From: Armatimonadota bacterium
Lineage (GTDB): Bacteria > Armatimonadota > DTGP01 > JAKQQT01
DNA length: 64,000 nt
Assembly: GCA_036504095.1 (NCBI GenBank)
Contig: DASXVS010000069.1
Coordinates: 14,887-78,886, forward strand
Direction of reading: 5' to 3'
Within the stretch, counting starts at the first letter, position 1. The number at the start of each line of letters is the position of its first letter. The notes below the pieces were generated by a model that worked only from the letters and a program-made list of their open reading frames with translations, searched no databases and was not told the origin of the DNA. Below, in pieces: positions 1 through 10,111 of this stretch. The translations under genes and the position numbers were made by a program.

Positions 1-186
1 GCAGCAGCGGCTTCGGAAGCTCCAGCGGCTTTGGCAACTCCAGCGGGTTCGGAAGCAGCAGCGGATTCGGCAGCTCCAGCGGCTTCGGAAGCAGCAGCGG
101 ATTCGGCAGTTCCAGCGGCTTCGGAAGCAGCAGCTTTGGAAGCACGGGCTCCTCCTTCGGAAGCAGCAGCTTTGGAGGCAGTTCCT
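1..186. repeat. Imperfect 36-bp tandem repeat (about 5 units) at the window edge
   Basis: Units ggaagcagcagcggattcggcagctccagcggcttc at 51-86 and 87-122 are nearly identical. Degenerate copies lie on both sides. Confidence 0.8.
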
Positions 187-244
187 GGGGTCGTTGACCT
201 GAGCGCCCCGCGCCAAGCGGCGGGAAGGTCTGGAACACCGACAT
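1..244 (-). CDS. Partial CDS (N-terminus only, runs off the left edge): Pro/Leu-rich 12-aa repeat protein
   Basis: ATG at 244-242 is preceded by GGAAGGA. The frame reads [64 protein letters not shown]... with no stop to position 1. Third codon positions are GC-rich in this frame but not in the plus-strand frame. Confidence 0.35.
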   Translation of the reverse strand, partial: MSVFQTFPPLGAGRSGQRPQELPPKLLLPKEEPVLPKLLLPKPLELPNPLLLPKPLELPNPLLLPNPLELPKPLELPKPLL

Positions 245-342
245 TCCGGTCCTTCCCGCAGGCGGCGGAATGCTGTTCAGTCGCCGTACCCACGGCGCTA
301 CGATTCGCCGACTGCAAAACGCGGCGCCACGATCGGAGAGAC

Positions 343-1230
343 ATGAGACGTACCCAACGAAGCCGGCGCGGCGGTTTCACCCTCATCGAACTGCTGGTGG
401 TAATCGCCATCATCGCGGTGCTTGCGGCGATGCTGTTCCCCGCCATCGCCAAGGCGCGGGAAAGCGCGAGGCGCTCACGGTCGCTCAGCAATGTCCGCCA
501 GCTGGGCCTCGCCATGCAGGCGTACGCCGGGGATTACGATGGGCGCCTCCCCGGCTGGATGGTCGATCCGGCGCGCAACGTTCTGGTCCACAACGTCTGG
601 GACGAGCAGATTGATTCGATGATCAAGGACAAGGGTGTCTTCTCGAACGGTGACAGGGGCATCGCATCGCCGTCGCAGCCGCGCCCCTGGGGGCGAACCC
701 TCACCTATGTGATGAATGGCGCGCTCATCGCCCCTTGGGTCTCCGGCAACGTGGATTTCAGCCAGGTGCGCGTCTCCACTTTGAGCAATGTGCGGGAGCC
801 TTCGCACACGATCCTGTTGGCAGAAGTCGCCACGAATGCGGGTTACGTTCCGGGCATGATTCTATCCTCCATCCCCACACACGTGAAAGGCGCGGGGGCG
901 GCATCACCGGAGTATTTGAAGGCCATCGGCGGTGGGAGCGGCCAGGGAGGCCCCATCGACGCCGATCCCAGGATCTGGGTTGAACAGGGCAAGGGCGCGG
1001 CCTCTTACTCCGACGAAGTGGTCTGGGGATACGGAATCCCGGCGAACAAGATGGGAATCGGGCGGGACCTCTATGGCTACGGAGCCTGCTACGCGTTCCT
1101 CGACGGCCACGTCGCAACCCTGAAAATCACCCGGACGGTTACTGACGGGCAAACCATACCCGGTGGACCCTCCGCCAACTGGGCAGAGACCGGCGCGACG
1201 ATCCGCAGCAACATGTGGTACCCCTGGTGA
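343..1230 (+). CDS. Prepilin-type N-terminal cleavage/methylation domain protein, DUF1559 (H-X9-DG) type pseudopilin
   Basis: Internal ATG at 343 gives [40 protein letters not shown], the classic type IV pilin leader. [22 protein letters not shown] and the C-terminal FLDGHVATL motif follow. The upstream 104 codons of the track ORF are repeat-derived. Confidence 0.85.
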   Translation: MRRTQRSRRGGFTLIELLVVIAIIAVLAAMLFPAIAKARESARRSRSLSNVRQLGLAMQAYAGDYDGRLPGWMVDPARNVLVHNVWDEQIDSMIKDKGVFSNGDRGIASPSQPRPWGRTLTYVMNGALIAPWVSGNVDFSQVRVSTLSNVREPSHTILLAEVATNAGYVPGMILSSIPTHVKGAGAASPEYLKAIGGGSGQGGPIDADPRIWVEQGKGAASYSDEVVWGYGIPANKMGIGRDLYGYGACYAFLDGHVATLKITRTVTDGQTIPGGPSANWAETGATIRSNMWYPW

Positions 1231-1288
1231 GCGGACTGCGGCTGCGGCCACCGCCGCCCCCGGGGTGGCTCCGGCGCGCCGGCGGGAT

Positions 1289-2464
1289 TCAGCCGGCGGG
1301 GAGGCATTTGAGGACCACAATCGTCACGTCGTCCCCCAGTTCGCCCCAGAGATGCACTTCCTCCAGGAGAGCTTCGGCGATTCCGGCCGCGCTCAGCGAG
1401 GCGTTACCCGCGATGACGCCGGCGCACTGATCCAGCCCGAACTGCACCTCATCAGCGCCTCTCGCTTCGAGGTTACCGTCTGTGCAGAGAACGATCACAT
1501 CGCCGTCTTCCAGCGACCACGATTCCGCCGAACCATCCCACTCCGCGAGGACACCGAGTAGAGGATTGCCGACCCTTGAACGGCTGATCCGGGCCGTGCG
1601 GGCGGACCACCGGATCGCGGCGGGGTGCCCTGCGTTCCACAGCGACACGCGGCGGGAAACCGGGTTCACCTCCGCCACAACCAATGTCGCAAACTCCTCC
1701 GTGGGGAGAAGCGCTTTCAGGTCCTTGTTGAGGTCCACCAGGGCCGCGTGCGGAGAGTGCGTGCTAAGCAGCCACGGTAAAAGGTGGGTGATGCTCGTGG
1801 AAGTCAGCGCGGCGGGCACGCCCTTCCCGGAGACATCGCCCACCACAACGTTGAGCCGCTGTTCGTCTTCCACGAAGATGCAGAAATCCCCACCCACTTC
1901 GTGGGCGAACTCATACCTGAGCGCGATATCCCAGCCGGGCAGCGACGGAGCGGCAACCGGCAGTGCCGCGCGCTGGATCGCGTGGGCGATGTCCAGGTCA
2001 TGGGTCAGCGCCGCCATTGTTCTGGCCGCCCCTTGGTGGTAGGCCTGCATCTTCCGGTAGAAGTCCACGTAGGCGGCTATTTCGCGCTTCCGCTCGGTGA
2101 TATCGCGCATCTGGAGGAGGAACTCCGGCGCGGGCCCCGGTATCGGAAGCGCGAGCAGTTCGACGGTGATCTCCAACCCGTCCGAGCGTACCGAGGGGAC
2201 TTCCCGGACCTGCCCCACATAGTCGCTCGCGCCGGTTTTCAGATAGCGGGCGAAGTCCTCCTTGAGCACGCGTTCCGCCCCCGGGATGATCAGGCTGGCA
2301 ATGCTGCAGCCCAGCGCCTTGCTGCTCCTGTACCCGAAAATCCTCTCCGCGGACGCATTCCATTCGCGCACCCGGCACCTTGCGTCCAGCACCACCACGG
2401 CGTCCGGTGATGCGTCGCGAAGACTGCTCTCGATCGCGGCCCAGCGCTCCGGAGGCCTAAGCAC
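1289..2464 (-). CDS. PAS domain plus PP2C/SpoIIE-type serine phosphatase (RsbU/RsbP-like)
   Basis: N-terminal PAS (VVVLDARCRVREWNASAERIFGY). C-terminal SpoIIE signature HDLDIAHAIQRAALP...EVGGDFCIF...VVGDVSGKGVPAAL...LCTDG. GTG start lies 4 nt after the kinase stop. Confidence 0.85.
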   Translation of the reverse strand: MLRPPERWAAIESSLRDASPDAVVVLDARCRVREWNASAERIFGYRSSKALGCSIASLIIPGAERVLKEDFARYLKTGASDYVGQVREVPSVRSDGLEITVELLALPIPGPAPEFLLQMRDITERKREIAAYVDFYRKMQAYHQGAARTMAALTHDLDIAHAIQRAALPVAAPSLPGWDIALRYEFAHEVGGDFCIFVEDEQRLNVVVGDVSGKGVPAALTSTSITHLLPWLLSTHSPHAALVDLNKDLKALLPTEEFATLVVAEVNPVSRRVSLWNAGHPAAIRWSARTARISRSRVGNPLLGVLAEWDGSAESWSLEDGDVIVLCTDGNLEARGADEVQFGLDQCAGVIAGNASLSAAGIAEALLEEVHLWGELGDDVTIVVLKCLPAG

Positions 2465-2468
2465 GTGA

Positions 2469-3776
2469 TCAAACCCCCTGCGGGGAATGGCGCTCTTCTT
2501 GCGGGCGCGTCCCCGTGGAAATCGGGAACGTGAGGGTGGCGCGCGTGCCGTGCCCTTCGACGCTCTCCAGCGTCAGCGTACCGCCGTGCGCCTCCATCAG
2601 GCCCCGCGCGATGCGCAGCCCCAGTCCGCTGTGGTTGTCACCGGGCGTTCTGGCCACGTCCGCCCGATAGAACGGGTCGAAAACGAACGGGAGGTGCCTG
2701 GCCGCGATTCCGGCGCCCGTGTCCTCAACTACGAACCCCGGTGGCTGCGCCGTCACGATCACGCGAGCCTCGGCCCCGCGCCCGGAATACGAAATGGCAT
2801 TTTCCAGAAGGTTGTCCAGTACTTGCGACAGACGGAGCCTGTCCAACTCGACCATCACCGGCTCACCGTCGGCTACCGGCTCCAGCCGGATTCCCGCGGC
2901 CTCCGCCGCCTGCATGTGGGTGCTCACCGCATCGTCCGCCAACTCCCGCAGGTCCACCGTCGAGCGCACGAGCGGCACCTCGTTCAGATCCAGCCGCGCC
3001 ACTTCCAGCAGGTCATTCACGAGGCGGCGCATCCGTTCCGTTGAGCCACGCATGAAAGAGAGAGCCTCGGCGCGGCGGTCCGGCTGGTCGGCAAGTCCGT
3101 CCTGAAGCGCCGAGGTCATCGCCTCCAGTGTCGCCACGGGGCTCCTCAGTTCGTGGGCCACGTCCGCCAGAACCTGGCGCCGCCGGCGCGCATCATTTTC
3201 CAATGCCGCGATCTGGGCGCCCACTTCCTCGGCCATCTCATTCATCGTTGTGGCGACGTCGGCGAACTCGTCGGTTCCGGTGACCGGTATACGGTGAGAG
3301 AACTGCCGTCCGTGCAGAGCGCGCGCGCCCTCGGCGAGGGCCGCGAGCGGCCTGGAGAAGCGAAGGCTGACGTACCAGCCGGCCAGCAGCCCGAGGATGA
3401 CGGAGATGACGCTTTGAGCCCAGACGCTCTGGTATATAGGGCGCCAGGGCCCGGCGCCGGGACCCTGCGGACCCCTCGGACCGGGAGGTCCCGGAGGCCT
3501 CGGGAAGCCATCGCGGCCGTTTGGTCCGGGCGGCGGCCCGAGGGCCCCATCCGGCGGCGGCCCGAACGACAGGCTGCCCATCGGACCCATGTGAATCCTG
3601 GCCTGCGCGTCCCGCGCTTCCATCTCACGATTGAACCTCTGGAGGTCCTGCTGCATCAGGAACCTCAGCGTGAGAAAACCCAGCGCCCAGCTCAGAGTGG
3701 TCACCAGAAGGAACGCCAGCGTGAGACGCGTGCGCACGTTTACCTTGAGATTCCTAACCTTCGGGACGAAACGCAT
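2469..3776 (-). CDS. Sensor histidine kinase (TM-HAMP-HisKA-HATPase_c) with a Pro/Gly-rich periplasmic loop
   Basis: H-box ADVAHELRSPVATL, N-box LLENAISYS, G-boxes EDTGAGI / GLGLRIARGL. Overlaps the upstream response regulator gene. Confidence 0.9.
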   Translation of the reverse strand: MRFVPKVRNLKVNVRTRLTLAFLLVTTLSWALGFLTLRFLMQQDLQRFNREMEARDAQARIHMGPMGSLSFGPPPDGALGPPPGPNGRDGFPRPPGPPGPRGPQGPGAGPWRPIYQSVWAQSVISVILGLLAGWYVSLRFSRPLAALAEGARALHGRQFSHRIPVTGTDEFADVATTMNEMAEEVGAQIAALENDARRRRQVLADVAHELRSPVATLEAMTSALQDGLADQPDRRAEALSFMRGSTERMRRLVNDLLEVARLDLNEVPLVRSTVDLRELADDAVSTHMQAAEAAGIRLEPVADGEPVMVELDRLRLSQVLDNLLENAISYSGRGAEARVIVTAQPPGFVVEDTGAGIAARHLPFVFDPFYRADVARTPGDNHSGLGLRIARGLMEAHGGTLTLESVEGHGTRATLTFPISTGTRPQEERHSPQGV

Positions 3777-4431
3777 ATCCGGTACCTCGAACGGTCACGA
3801 TGGGGCAGGGCGTCAGGCCGGCCGCGATAAGTCGCTTGCGCAGCCGGTAGATGTGGGCATCCACGAGACGGTCGTCGCCGTAGAAGTCCTTCCACACCAG
3901 GGAGACGAGTTGGTCGCGGGACAAAACGCGCTGCGGCCGGCTCACCAGGGCGTCCAGGAGGTCGAATTCCAGCGCGGGCAGCTCCACTTCAACGCCGTTG
4001 ACGAAGACCTGCCTCTGCTCCTGCGCGATTTCCAGCGGACCGAACTGAAGGGATGGTCCCTCCAAGTACGAAGAGCGTCGCAACAGCGATTTGATTCGGG
4101 CAACCAGCTCCATGGGGCCGAACGGCTTTGTAACGTAGTCGTCCGCTCCGAGGTTCAGCGCCTGCACCTTATCCACTTCCGCGTCGCGTGCGGAGAGCAT
4201 CAGGATCGGCACCCTGGAATGCTGCCGTATCGACCGGCAGAGCTGAAAGCCGTCCATCCCCGGCATCATCACGTCGATAATCACGGCATCGGCCCCTTCC
4301 TTTTCGAAAGTTTCCCACGCGGCGCGGCCGTCGTGCTTCGCGGATACCCGGTAGCCTTCAGCTTCCAGATACCAAGTGACAGCCTTGGTAAGGCCTTCGT
4401 CATCGTCCGCGATCAATATGTGTCCCGCCAT
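3754..4431 (-). CDS. OmpR/PhoB-family response regulator
   Basis: MAGHILIADDDEGL...DVMMPGMDG receiver domain plus winged-helix C-terminus (RLRKRL...VRGTGYAF). ATG at 4431 has GGAGG 6 nt upstream. Confidence 0.9.
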   Translation of the reverse strand: MAGHILIADDDEGLTKAVTWYLEAEGYRVSAKHDGRAAWETFEKEGADAVIIDVMMPGMDGFQLCRSIRQHSRVPILMLSARDAEVDKVQALNLGADDYVTKPFGPMELVARIKSLLRRSSYLEGPSLQFGPLEIAQEQRQVFVNGVEVELPALEFDLLDALVSRPQRVLSRDQLVSLVWKDFYGDDRLVDAHIYRLRKRLIAAGLTPCPIVTVRGTGYAFRPEG

Positions 4432-4753
4432 TTGAGCCTCCAGAGAGGGATTGCTTCCACCTGCCCTCACGTGCCGGGGGAGCCTTCGCCAGTTCTAAGG
4501 TACACCAAGTTTATGAACTCTTAATGACCTCCGTGTGGAAGACCGATGGATTCTACGCCGATTTTCGCCGCAATGCCAACGCAAACAGGCGAGTTCACAG
4601 AGACGTCATCTTCGCGTCACGGCCTGTCCAAGCTGCTCCGGTATCCTTGGGATGTAGGCGTTCCCGGCCCGCGTGACTGGGCTTCAGGCGGGCCGGGCGC
4701 CACACGGAAGCGGATCGATTCCCCTTCCCCATTCTTGCCAAGGAGGCACGAGG

Positions 4754-5575
4754 ATGCACGTACACAGGATTCACAGATTGTATGCAGCCGCCGCGCTTGG
4801 CGCGGTGATCGCCGGCGCAGTGTCCGCCCAGACAGTTACGTTGAAGCCGCGCGGCGCCCGGGCAGCCGGCTCGGCCACCGTCACAGTAACGATGCAGGGC
4901 AAAGACGCTGTCGCCACGGTCAAATCCACCAACAGCGATACACGCTCTCTTTTCCGTGACATCGCGACGAAATCCGGCGCGAAGATCCTGCTCGGTTCCA
5001 CCGTGGCCGGAACCGTCACCTCCGCCGTGGATGCCCAGCCGCTTGAGACCGCCATCAGGACGGTGGCCGCTTCCGCCGGTCTGAGCGTCCGCAAGGTGTT
5101 GGTCGCCCCGGCCACAGCGGCCGCCCTCACCGAAGAGACGGTGGCGCCCCTGGCCGGCGCCCTGATCACCGCGGCGTCCGACGCCGTGGTGGTCGATCCC
5201 TCCACCGGGCGTTCGGTGACGCTGACCTTCGCGGATACGGCGCCCAAGGCGGATGCAGCTAAGGCCGTTGTCTACTACGTGATGAGGATTCCACCCGCGG
5301 GGCGCACGCCACAGGTGACCGGCGATGCGGCCAAAGACGCCGTCGCCAACGCCGCGGCAAGCCTGAGCGCCCTGTCAACCACCGAACGCATGCAGGCGGC
5401 CCGCGACCTTCAGCGTCAGATGTTCGAGAGCCTCACGCCTGAGGAACGCGATCAAATGCGGCAGCAGGGAGGTCCCGGCGGCTTCGGCGGCCCTCCCCCC
5501 GGCGGATTTGGCGGCGGCCCCGGCGGCCCGCCCCCGGGAGATGACGGCGGCGGCCCCCCGCCTCCGCCTCAGTAG
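4754..5575 (+). CDS. Secreted hypothetical protein with a Gly/Pro-rich C-terminal tail
   Basis: AGGAGG at 4741 then ATG at 4754. Signal peptide MHVHRIHRLYAAAALGAVIAGAVSAQT. Tail GGPGGFGGPPPGGFGGGPGGPPPGDDGGGPPPPPQ. An LTPEE motif precedes the tail. Confidence 0.6.
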   Translation: MHVHRIHRLYAAAALGAVIAGAVSAQTVTLKPRGARAAGSATVTVTMQGKDAVATVKSTNSDTRSLFRDIATKSGAKILLGSTVAGTVTSAVDAQPLETAIRTVAASAGLSVRKVLVAPATAAALTEETVAPLAGALITAASDAVVVDPSTGRSVTLTFADTAPKADAAKAVVYYVMRIPPAGRTPQVTGDAAKDAVANAAASLSALSTTERMQAARDLQRQMFESLTPEERDQMRQQGGPGGFGGPPPGGFGGGPGGPPPGDDGGGPPPPPQ

Positions 5576-5591
5576 GCCCACACGCAAACGC

Positions 5592-6926
5592 ATGACGAAA
5601 GGAACCGCTGGGACCATGTTAACCCGAATTACAACCACAATCGCCGTCCTTCTGTCCGCCGCACTGGCCGCGAGGGCAGGGCAAACATCCGACGCATCGC
5701 CGGTTGACATGTCCCAGCCTCTCACCCTGAGCGGCGCGATCAGGATCGCACTGGAGAATCAGAACCAGATCGGCATTGCTCGAAGCCAGCAGTCGGCGGC
5801 GGAGGCGGGGCTTGTGCAGGCGCGCTCGGCGTATTTCCCGACCGTGACGCCCGGCTACCTGAACACCTACCGGAGCGCAACGCGTGGCGCCACCGACACT
5901 CAGAACAGCGCCACCGTTGATCTCACGCAAACCCTCTACGATTCCGGCAAACGCGAGCAGACCGTGGCTCGCGGCCGGAACGCCGTCCGCGCCGCCGCGT
6001 ACAACGTCACCGACGTACGCCAGTCCGTGATCCTGAATGTGACGACCGACTGGTACGAACTGCTAAGGAGCAAGGAGTTGGTGCGCGTGGCCGAATCCGG
6101 TGTGGATCGGGCCAAATCGACCCTGGATGCCACACGTGCATTCGTCGAATCAGGCTCATCCGCGCGGAAGGACGTCCTGCAGGTTCAGGCCGATTACGAC
6201 AATTCGCAGGTTGCCGCCATCCAGGCGCGGAACAACGTGCGGCTTGCCGAGACGACGTTGAAACAGGCGATGGGCATCGTCACGAGCCAGCCGATCCTGA
6301 CGGTCGGCAACGGGGCCGCGGCGCCAGGCCCGACGACGGATGCGCTGGCCGACGATCTTGATCGGGCCTACAACAACCGTCCCGACCTCCGAAGGGCCCT
6401 TCAGGATGCCGATTCCACGCGCCGGGCGGTGACGATGGCCCGCATAGAGGCCGGACCGAAGGTCACGTCCACCGTTGGCGCCACATACAGCGCCCACCCG
6501 AACCCGGGGACGGACAGCGTGATCCTCACGAGCGTAACGTATCCGCTGTTCGATGCGGGAGCTTCCCGGGCGGCGGTCCGCGAGGCGAGGGAGTCGGCGC
6601 GCCAGTCCGCAATGCAGATCGAACTGATGCGGCAGGAGATCGCCGCCGGCGTGGAAACGGCGTTCCTGCAGCGCGAGGAAGCGCGCACAAGGATAGCGGC
6701 CTCGCAGACGGCCCTGGTCGCGGCCAGGGAAAACTACGCCGCGGCCTCCGAGTCGCACCAGGAAGGAAGCGGCACCATCCTGGACGTCATCGCGGCCCAG
6801 AACCAGTTGGTCACCGCCGAAACCAACGCTGTGCAGGCCATCTATGACTATTTCACTGCCGCGGCGCGATTGGAGCGCGCTGTCGGAGCCAATGAGCCCG
6901 GCGGAGCAGAAGGAGAAACCAGATGA
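5592..6926 (+). CDS. TolC-family outer membrane efflux protein
   Basis: Signal peptide, then LTLSGAIRIALENQNQIGIARSQ, the typical TolC/OEP repeat start. Two OEP repeats. The start could instead be 5616. Confidence 0.85.
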   Translation: MTKGTAGTMLTRITTTIAVLLSAALAARAGQTSDASPVDMSQPLTLSGAIRIALENQNQIGIARSQQSAAEAGLVQARSAYFPTVTPGYLNTYRSATRGATDTQNSATVDLTQTLYDSGKREQTVARGRNAVRAAAYNVTDVRQSVILNVTTDWYELLRSKELVRVAESGVDRAKSTLDATRAFVESGSSARKDVLQVQADYDNSQVAAIQARNNVRLAETTLKQAMGIVTSQPILTVGNGAAAPGPTTDALADDLDRAYNNRPDLRRALQDADSTRRAVTMARIEAGPKVTSTVGATYSAHPNPGTDSVILTSVTYPLFDAGASRAAVREARESARQSAMQIELMRQEIAAGVETAFLQREEARTRIAASQTALVAARENYAAASESHQEGSGTILDVIAAQNQLVTAETNAVQAIYDYFTAAARLERAVGANEPGGAEGETR

Positions 6927-8728
6927 GACGGACCAAACCATCATTCGCCATTGCGACCGTGGTGGTCCTGGCTGCGGCGCTGTATATGGCGCTCGGACGG
7001 CGGGATCCCAACGCGGCGCAGATGACCCAGTACAAAGTCGCCGCCGCTCAGATCGGCTCGGTGCGAAAAACAGTCTCATCGACGGGAACTCTCCAGCCGT
7101 GGACCACGGTGGACATCAAGTCCAAGGCCGGCGGGCGCATCGTTCAGATGGCTGTTGACGTCGGCAGTGAGGTGAAGAAGGGGCAGATCATCGCCCGCAT
7201 CGATCCTTCGGACACTCTCTTGAGCGTGGACCAGGCCCGATCCGACATCTCCTCCTCGGACGCGAAGAAGGAACAGAGCCAGCGAACGTATCTGCTGCAG
7301 GTTCAGCAGACCGAGATCTCCATCGCCAATGCCGGGGCCGCCCTGATATCGGCACAGAAGGGGCGCACGGCGGCGGCCGTTCGGCTCGAGACCGCGAAGA
7401 TCCAGGCGGGCGTGCAGCCGGCTCTCACCAAAGCGAGCATCGCCCAGGCCCGGGCCAACTTCAATCAGGCCGTCAAACAGCGGGCGCAACTGAACGCCAC
7501 GAACGAACAGCAAAAGGCCAGCGCACAGTCGGCGTACGATCAGGCGATGGCGAATTCACGCAACAGCCAGTCCAATCTGAAGCGGCAGACCACCCTTCTG
7601 GCCAAGGGCTTCGTCTCCGAACAGAGCATGGAAAACGCCCGCGCCGCCAACGAGGTGTCACAGGCGCAAGTGGACACCGCGCGCGCAAAACTGCAGACGC
7701 TGGACGCCGAATTGAAAGCGGACGTGGACACAGCGGACGCGCGTGTGGAACAGGCGAAAGCGGCGCTGCAAAGCGCCGAAGCCGGCGGCGTTGAAGTGAA
7801 GACCCGTCAGGATGCCGTTCGTGAAGCGGCGGCCGCGCTGGAGCAGGCGGACGCTCAGGTAACCCAGGCGGAGCAGGCTCTGCGCCAGGCAAGGGCCGGC
7901 GTGGCCAATGACGCGATCCGCCGGCTGGATATCGCCAGCGCCGAGGCGAGCCACACGCGCAGCCAGGCGACCTTGAAGAATGCGGACGATACGCTCGCCC
8001 AGACAACGGTCCGCGCGCCGTCCGACGGCGTGATCCTTCAGAAGTACGTCGACCAGGGCACGATCATCACATCCGGCCTCTCCATGAACTCGACCGGTTC
8101 CAGCATCGTCCAGTTGGGGGATACGGCGCGGATGTTTGTGGACGTGACCGTGGACGAGACGGACATCGCCAGCGTGAACGTGGGCCAGCAGGTGGAGGTG
8201 AGCATGGACGCCTATCCCGGCGTCGCCTTCGAGGGCAAAGTGTCCCGCATCGATCCCCGCGCCGTCGCCGAACAGAACGTCACCCAGATCCACGTGCGCG
8301 TTGAGGTGGACAATTCGTCGGCCACGTTCCGCCTGTTGAAGCCGGGGATGAACGCCACGTGCGACTTTATCGTAGGCGAGAAGAGCAGCACCCTCATCGT
8401 GCCCTCCACCGCCGTTCGCTCCGACGACAACGGTTCCTACGTTCAGATCGCCGGCGGCGGTAAACCGGCCCCGGCGGACACGGGTTCCAGCCAGGCCGCC
8501 GATTCGGCCATCCTGGTCGGAGTGAAACTGGCCCGCAGATCGGTGGAAGTCGGTCTGCAGGGCGACGAGGCCACGGAGATCACTTCGGGGCTGAAGAACG
8601 GCGAGATCGTGGTCGTCCAGACCATCGAGCCCGCGACTTCAACAACGCAGAAGACGACCACGAGCGCCATCAAGAGCGGGATGCCCGGTGGCGGCGGCCC
8701 GCCCCCTGGTCCGCCCCCCGGACGGTAG
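6923..8728 (+). CDS. HlyD/MacA-family periplasmic adaptor (membrane fusion protein) with a long coiled coil
   Basis: ATGA overlap with the TolC stop and AAGGAG SD. VDIKSKAGGRIVQMAVDVGSEVKKGQIIARIDP lipoyl-like motif, long Ala/Gln coiled coil, beta-barrel domain. Ends GMPGGGGPPPGPPPGR. Confidence 0.9.
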   Translation: MRRTKPSFAIATVVVLAAALYMALGRRDPNAAQMTQYKVAAAQIGSVRKTVSSTGTLQPWTTVDIKSKAGGRIVQMAVDVGSEVKKGQIIARIDPSDTLLSVDQARSDISSSDAKKEQSQRTYLLQVQQTEISIANAGAALISAQKGRTAAAVRLETAKIQAGVQPALTKASIAQARANFNQAVKQRAQLNATNEQQKASAQSAYDQAMANSRNSQSNLKRQTTLLAKGFVSEQSMENARAANEVSQAQVDTARAKLQTLDAELKADVDTADARVEQAKAALQSAEAGGVEVKTRQDAVREAAAALEQADAQVTQAEQALRQARAGVANDAIRRLDIASAEASHTRSQATLKNADDTLAQTTVRAPSDGVILQKYVDQGTIITSGLSMNSTGSSIVQLGDTARMFVDVTVDETDIASVNVGQQVEVSMDAYPGVAFEGKVSRIDPRAVAEQNVTQIHVRVEVDNSSATFRLLKPGMNATCDFIVGEKSSTLIVPSTAVRSDDNGSYVQIAGGGKPAPADTGSSQAADSAILVGVKLARRSVEVGLQGDEATEITSGLKNGEIVVVQTIEPATSTTQKTTTSAIKSGMPGGGGPPPGPPPGR

Positions 8729-8749
8729 GAGCGCAAAGGAGAAACGACC

Positions 8750-10090
8750 ATGACATCACAACTTCCCAAACCAAAGCCGCTCGTGCCCGAACTGGAACCG
8801 CCTTGTCCACCCAACCGCGCGAACGGGAATGGAACGGCCACCGGGATTACCATCCCGAAGATCATCCTGGCCAAAGGCTTCAACACCGTCAGCCTCCTGA
8901 TGGCCATCCGCGGCCTCGGCGCGAACAAACTGCGCGCGATCCTGACGATGCTGGGTGTGATCATCGGCGTCGGCGCGGTGATCATCGCCATCGCGATCGG
9001 GCAGGGCTCGCGTGAGGCGGTCTCACAGAGCCTGCGTCAACTGGGCACGAACACCCTGAACGTGATGGCCGGCGCCCAGCGCAGCGGTGGCATCGGCTTC
9101 GGCTTCGGGTCCCGCAGCACGATGAAGCCCGCCGACGCGGCGGCGATATTGAAGGACTGTCCCAGCGTCATCCGAGTGTCGCCGCAGGTTCAAGGCGGGG
9201 CCCAGGTCAAATACCAGGACAAGAACGACAACGTCACCGTCTATGGACAGGGCGTGGACTACCCGGACATCAACAACCACCACGTCCGAATCGGGCAGTT
9301 CTTCGACGCGCAGGACGTGAAATCACGCCGCCGCGTGGCCGTGCTCGGCTCCACCACCTTCAAAGACCTGTTTGAGGAGCAGACCGCGGTCGGCAAGTAC
9401 GTGCGCGTGGCCGGACAGCGGTTCGAGGTGGTCGGCGTGTTCCAGTCCAAAGGCGGGACGGGGTTTCGGAATCCGGACAGCGGAGTCTACGTTCCCTACA
9501 CCACCGCCATGCGACGCCTTTTCGGGCAAACGAGCCTGCAGGGCATCACGTGCCAGGCGAGTTCCGACAGCGTCATGAAACGGGCCCAGCAGGAAATCAC
9601 GGAGACGCTGCGGCGCCAGCACGGCATCTTCACCGGGGCGGACGACGATTTCCTCGTGTTCAACCAGGCCGATCTCGCCGCGGCGCAGAACGAACAGCAG
9701 GATACCTTCTCCTCGCTCATCACCTACCTCGCCATCGTTTCGCTGGTTGTGGGCGGCGTGGGGATCATGAACATTATGCTTGTCTCCGTCACGGAACGGA
9801 CCCGCGAAATCGGTGTGCGCAAGGCCATCGGCGCCAAGCGCCGCGATATACTCGTCCAATTCCTGCTGGAGGCCCTCTTCCTGTCGCTGATCGGCGGGGT
9901 GCTGGGCGTCGCCCTCGGTATCGGCGGCGCGAAACTCGTCGAGTCCGTCAACAACTGGACCGTGCTTGTGGCGCCGTCCACGGTGCTTCTCGCGTTCAGT
10001 TTCTCCGCCCTCGTGGGGGCCTTCTTCGGGTTCTATCCCGCGTGGAAAGCCTCGCGCCTGAGCCCGATCGATGCGCTCCGCTATGAGTGA
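8750..10090 (+). CDS. ABC transporter permease, MacB/FtsX family
   Basis: LRGLGANKLRAILTMLGVIIGVGAVI N-terminal TM, periplasmic MacB_PCD-like region, and a C-terminal FtsX domain with ERTREIGVRKAIGAKRRDIL. Confidence 0.9.
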   Translation: MTSQLPKPKPLVPELEPPCPPNRANGNGTATGITIPKIILAKGFNTVSLLMAIRGLGANKLRAILTMLGVIIGVGAVIIAIAIGQGSREAVSQSLRQLGTNTLNVMAGAQRSGGIGFGFGSRSTMKPADAAAILKDCPSVIRVSPQVQGGAQVKYQDKNDNVTVYGQGVDYPDINNHHVRIGQFFDAQDVKSRRRVAVLGSTTFKDLFEEQTAVGKYVRVAGQRFEVVGVFQSKGGTGFRNPDSGVYVPYTTAMRRLFGQTSLQGITCQASSDSVMKRAQQEITETLRRQHGIFTGADDDFLVFNQADLAAAQNEQQDTFSSLITYLAIVSLVVGGVGIMNIMLVSVTERTREIGVRKAIGAKRRDILVQFLLEALFLSLIGGVLGVALGIGGAKLVESVNNWTVLVAPSTVLLAFSFSALVGAFFGFYPAWKASRLSPIDALRYE

Positions 10091-10111
10091 TACACAGAAA
10101 GGAAATCAACG

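Noticed and set aside
31-342. N-terminal 104-codon extension of the pilin-like ORF
   Set aside because: It is derived from the 36-bp tandem repeat with low third-position GC. The prepilin leader with its basic N-terminus starts at the internal ATG at 343.
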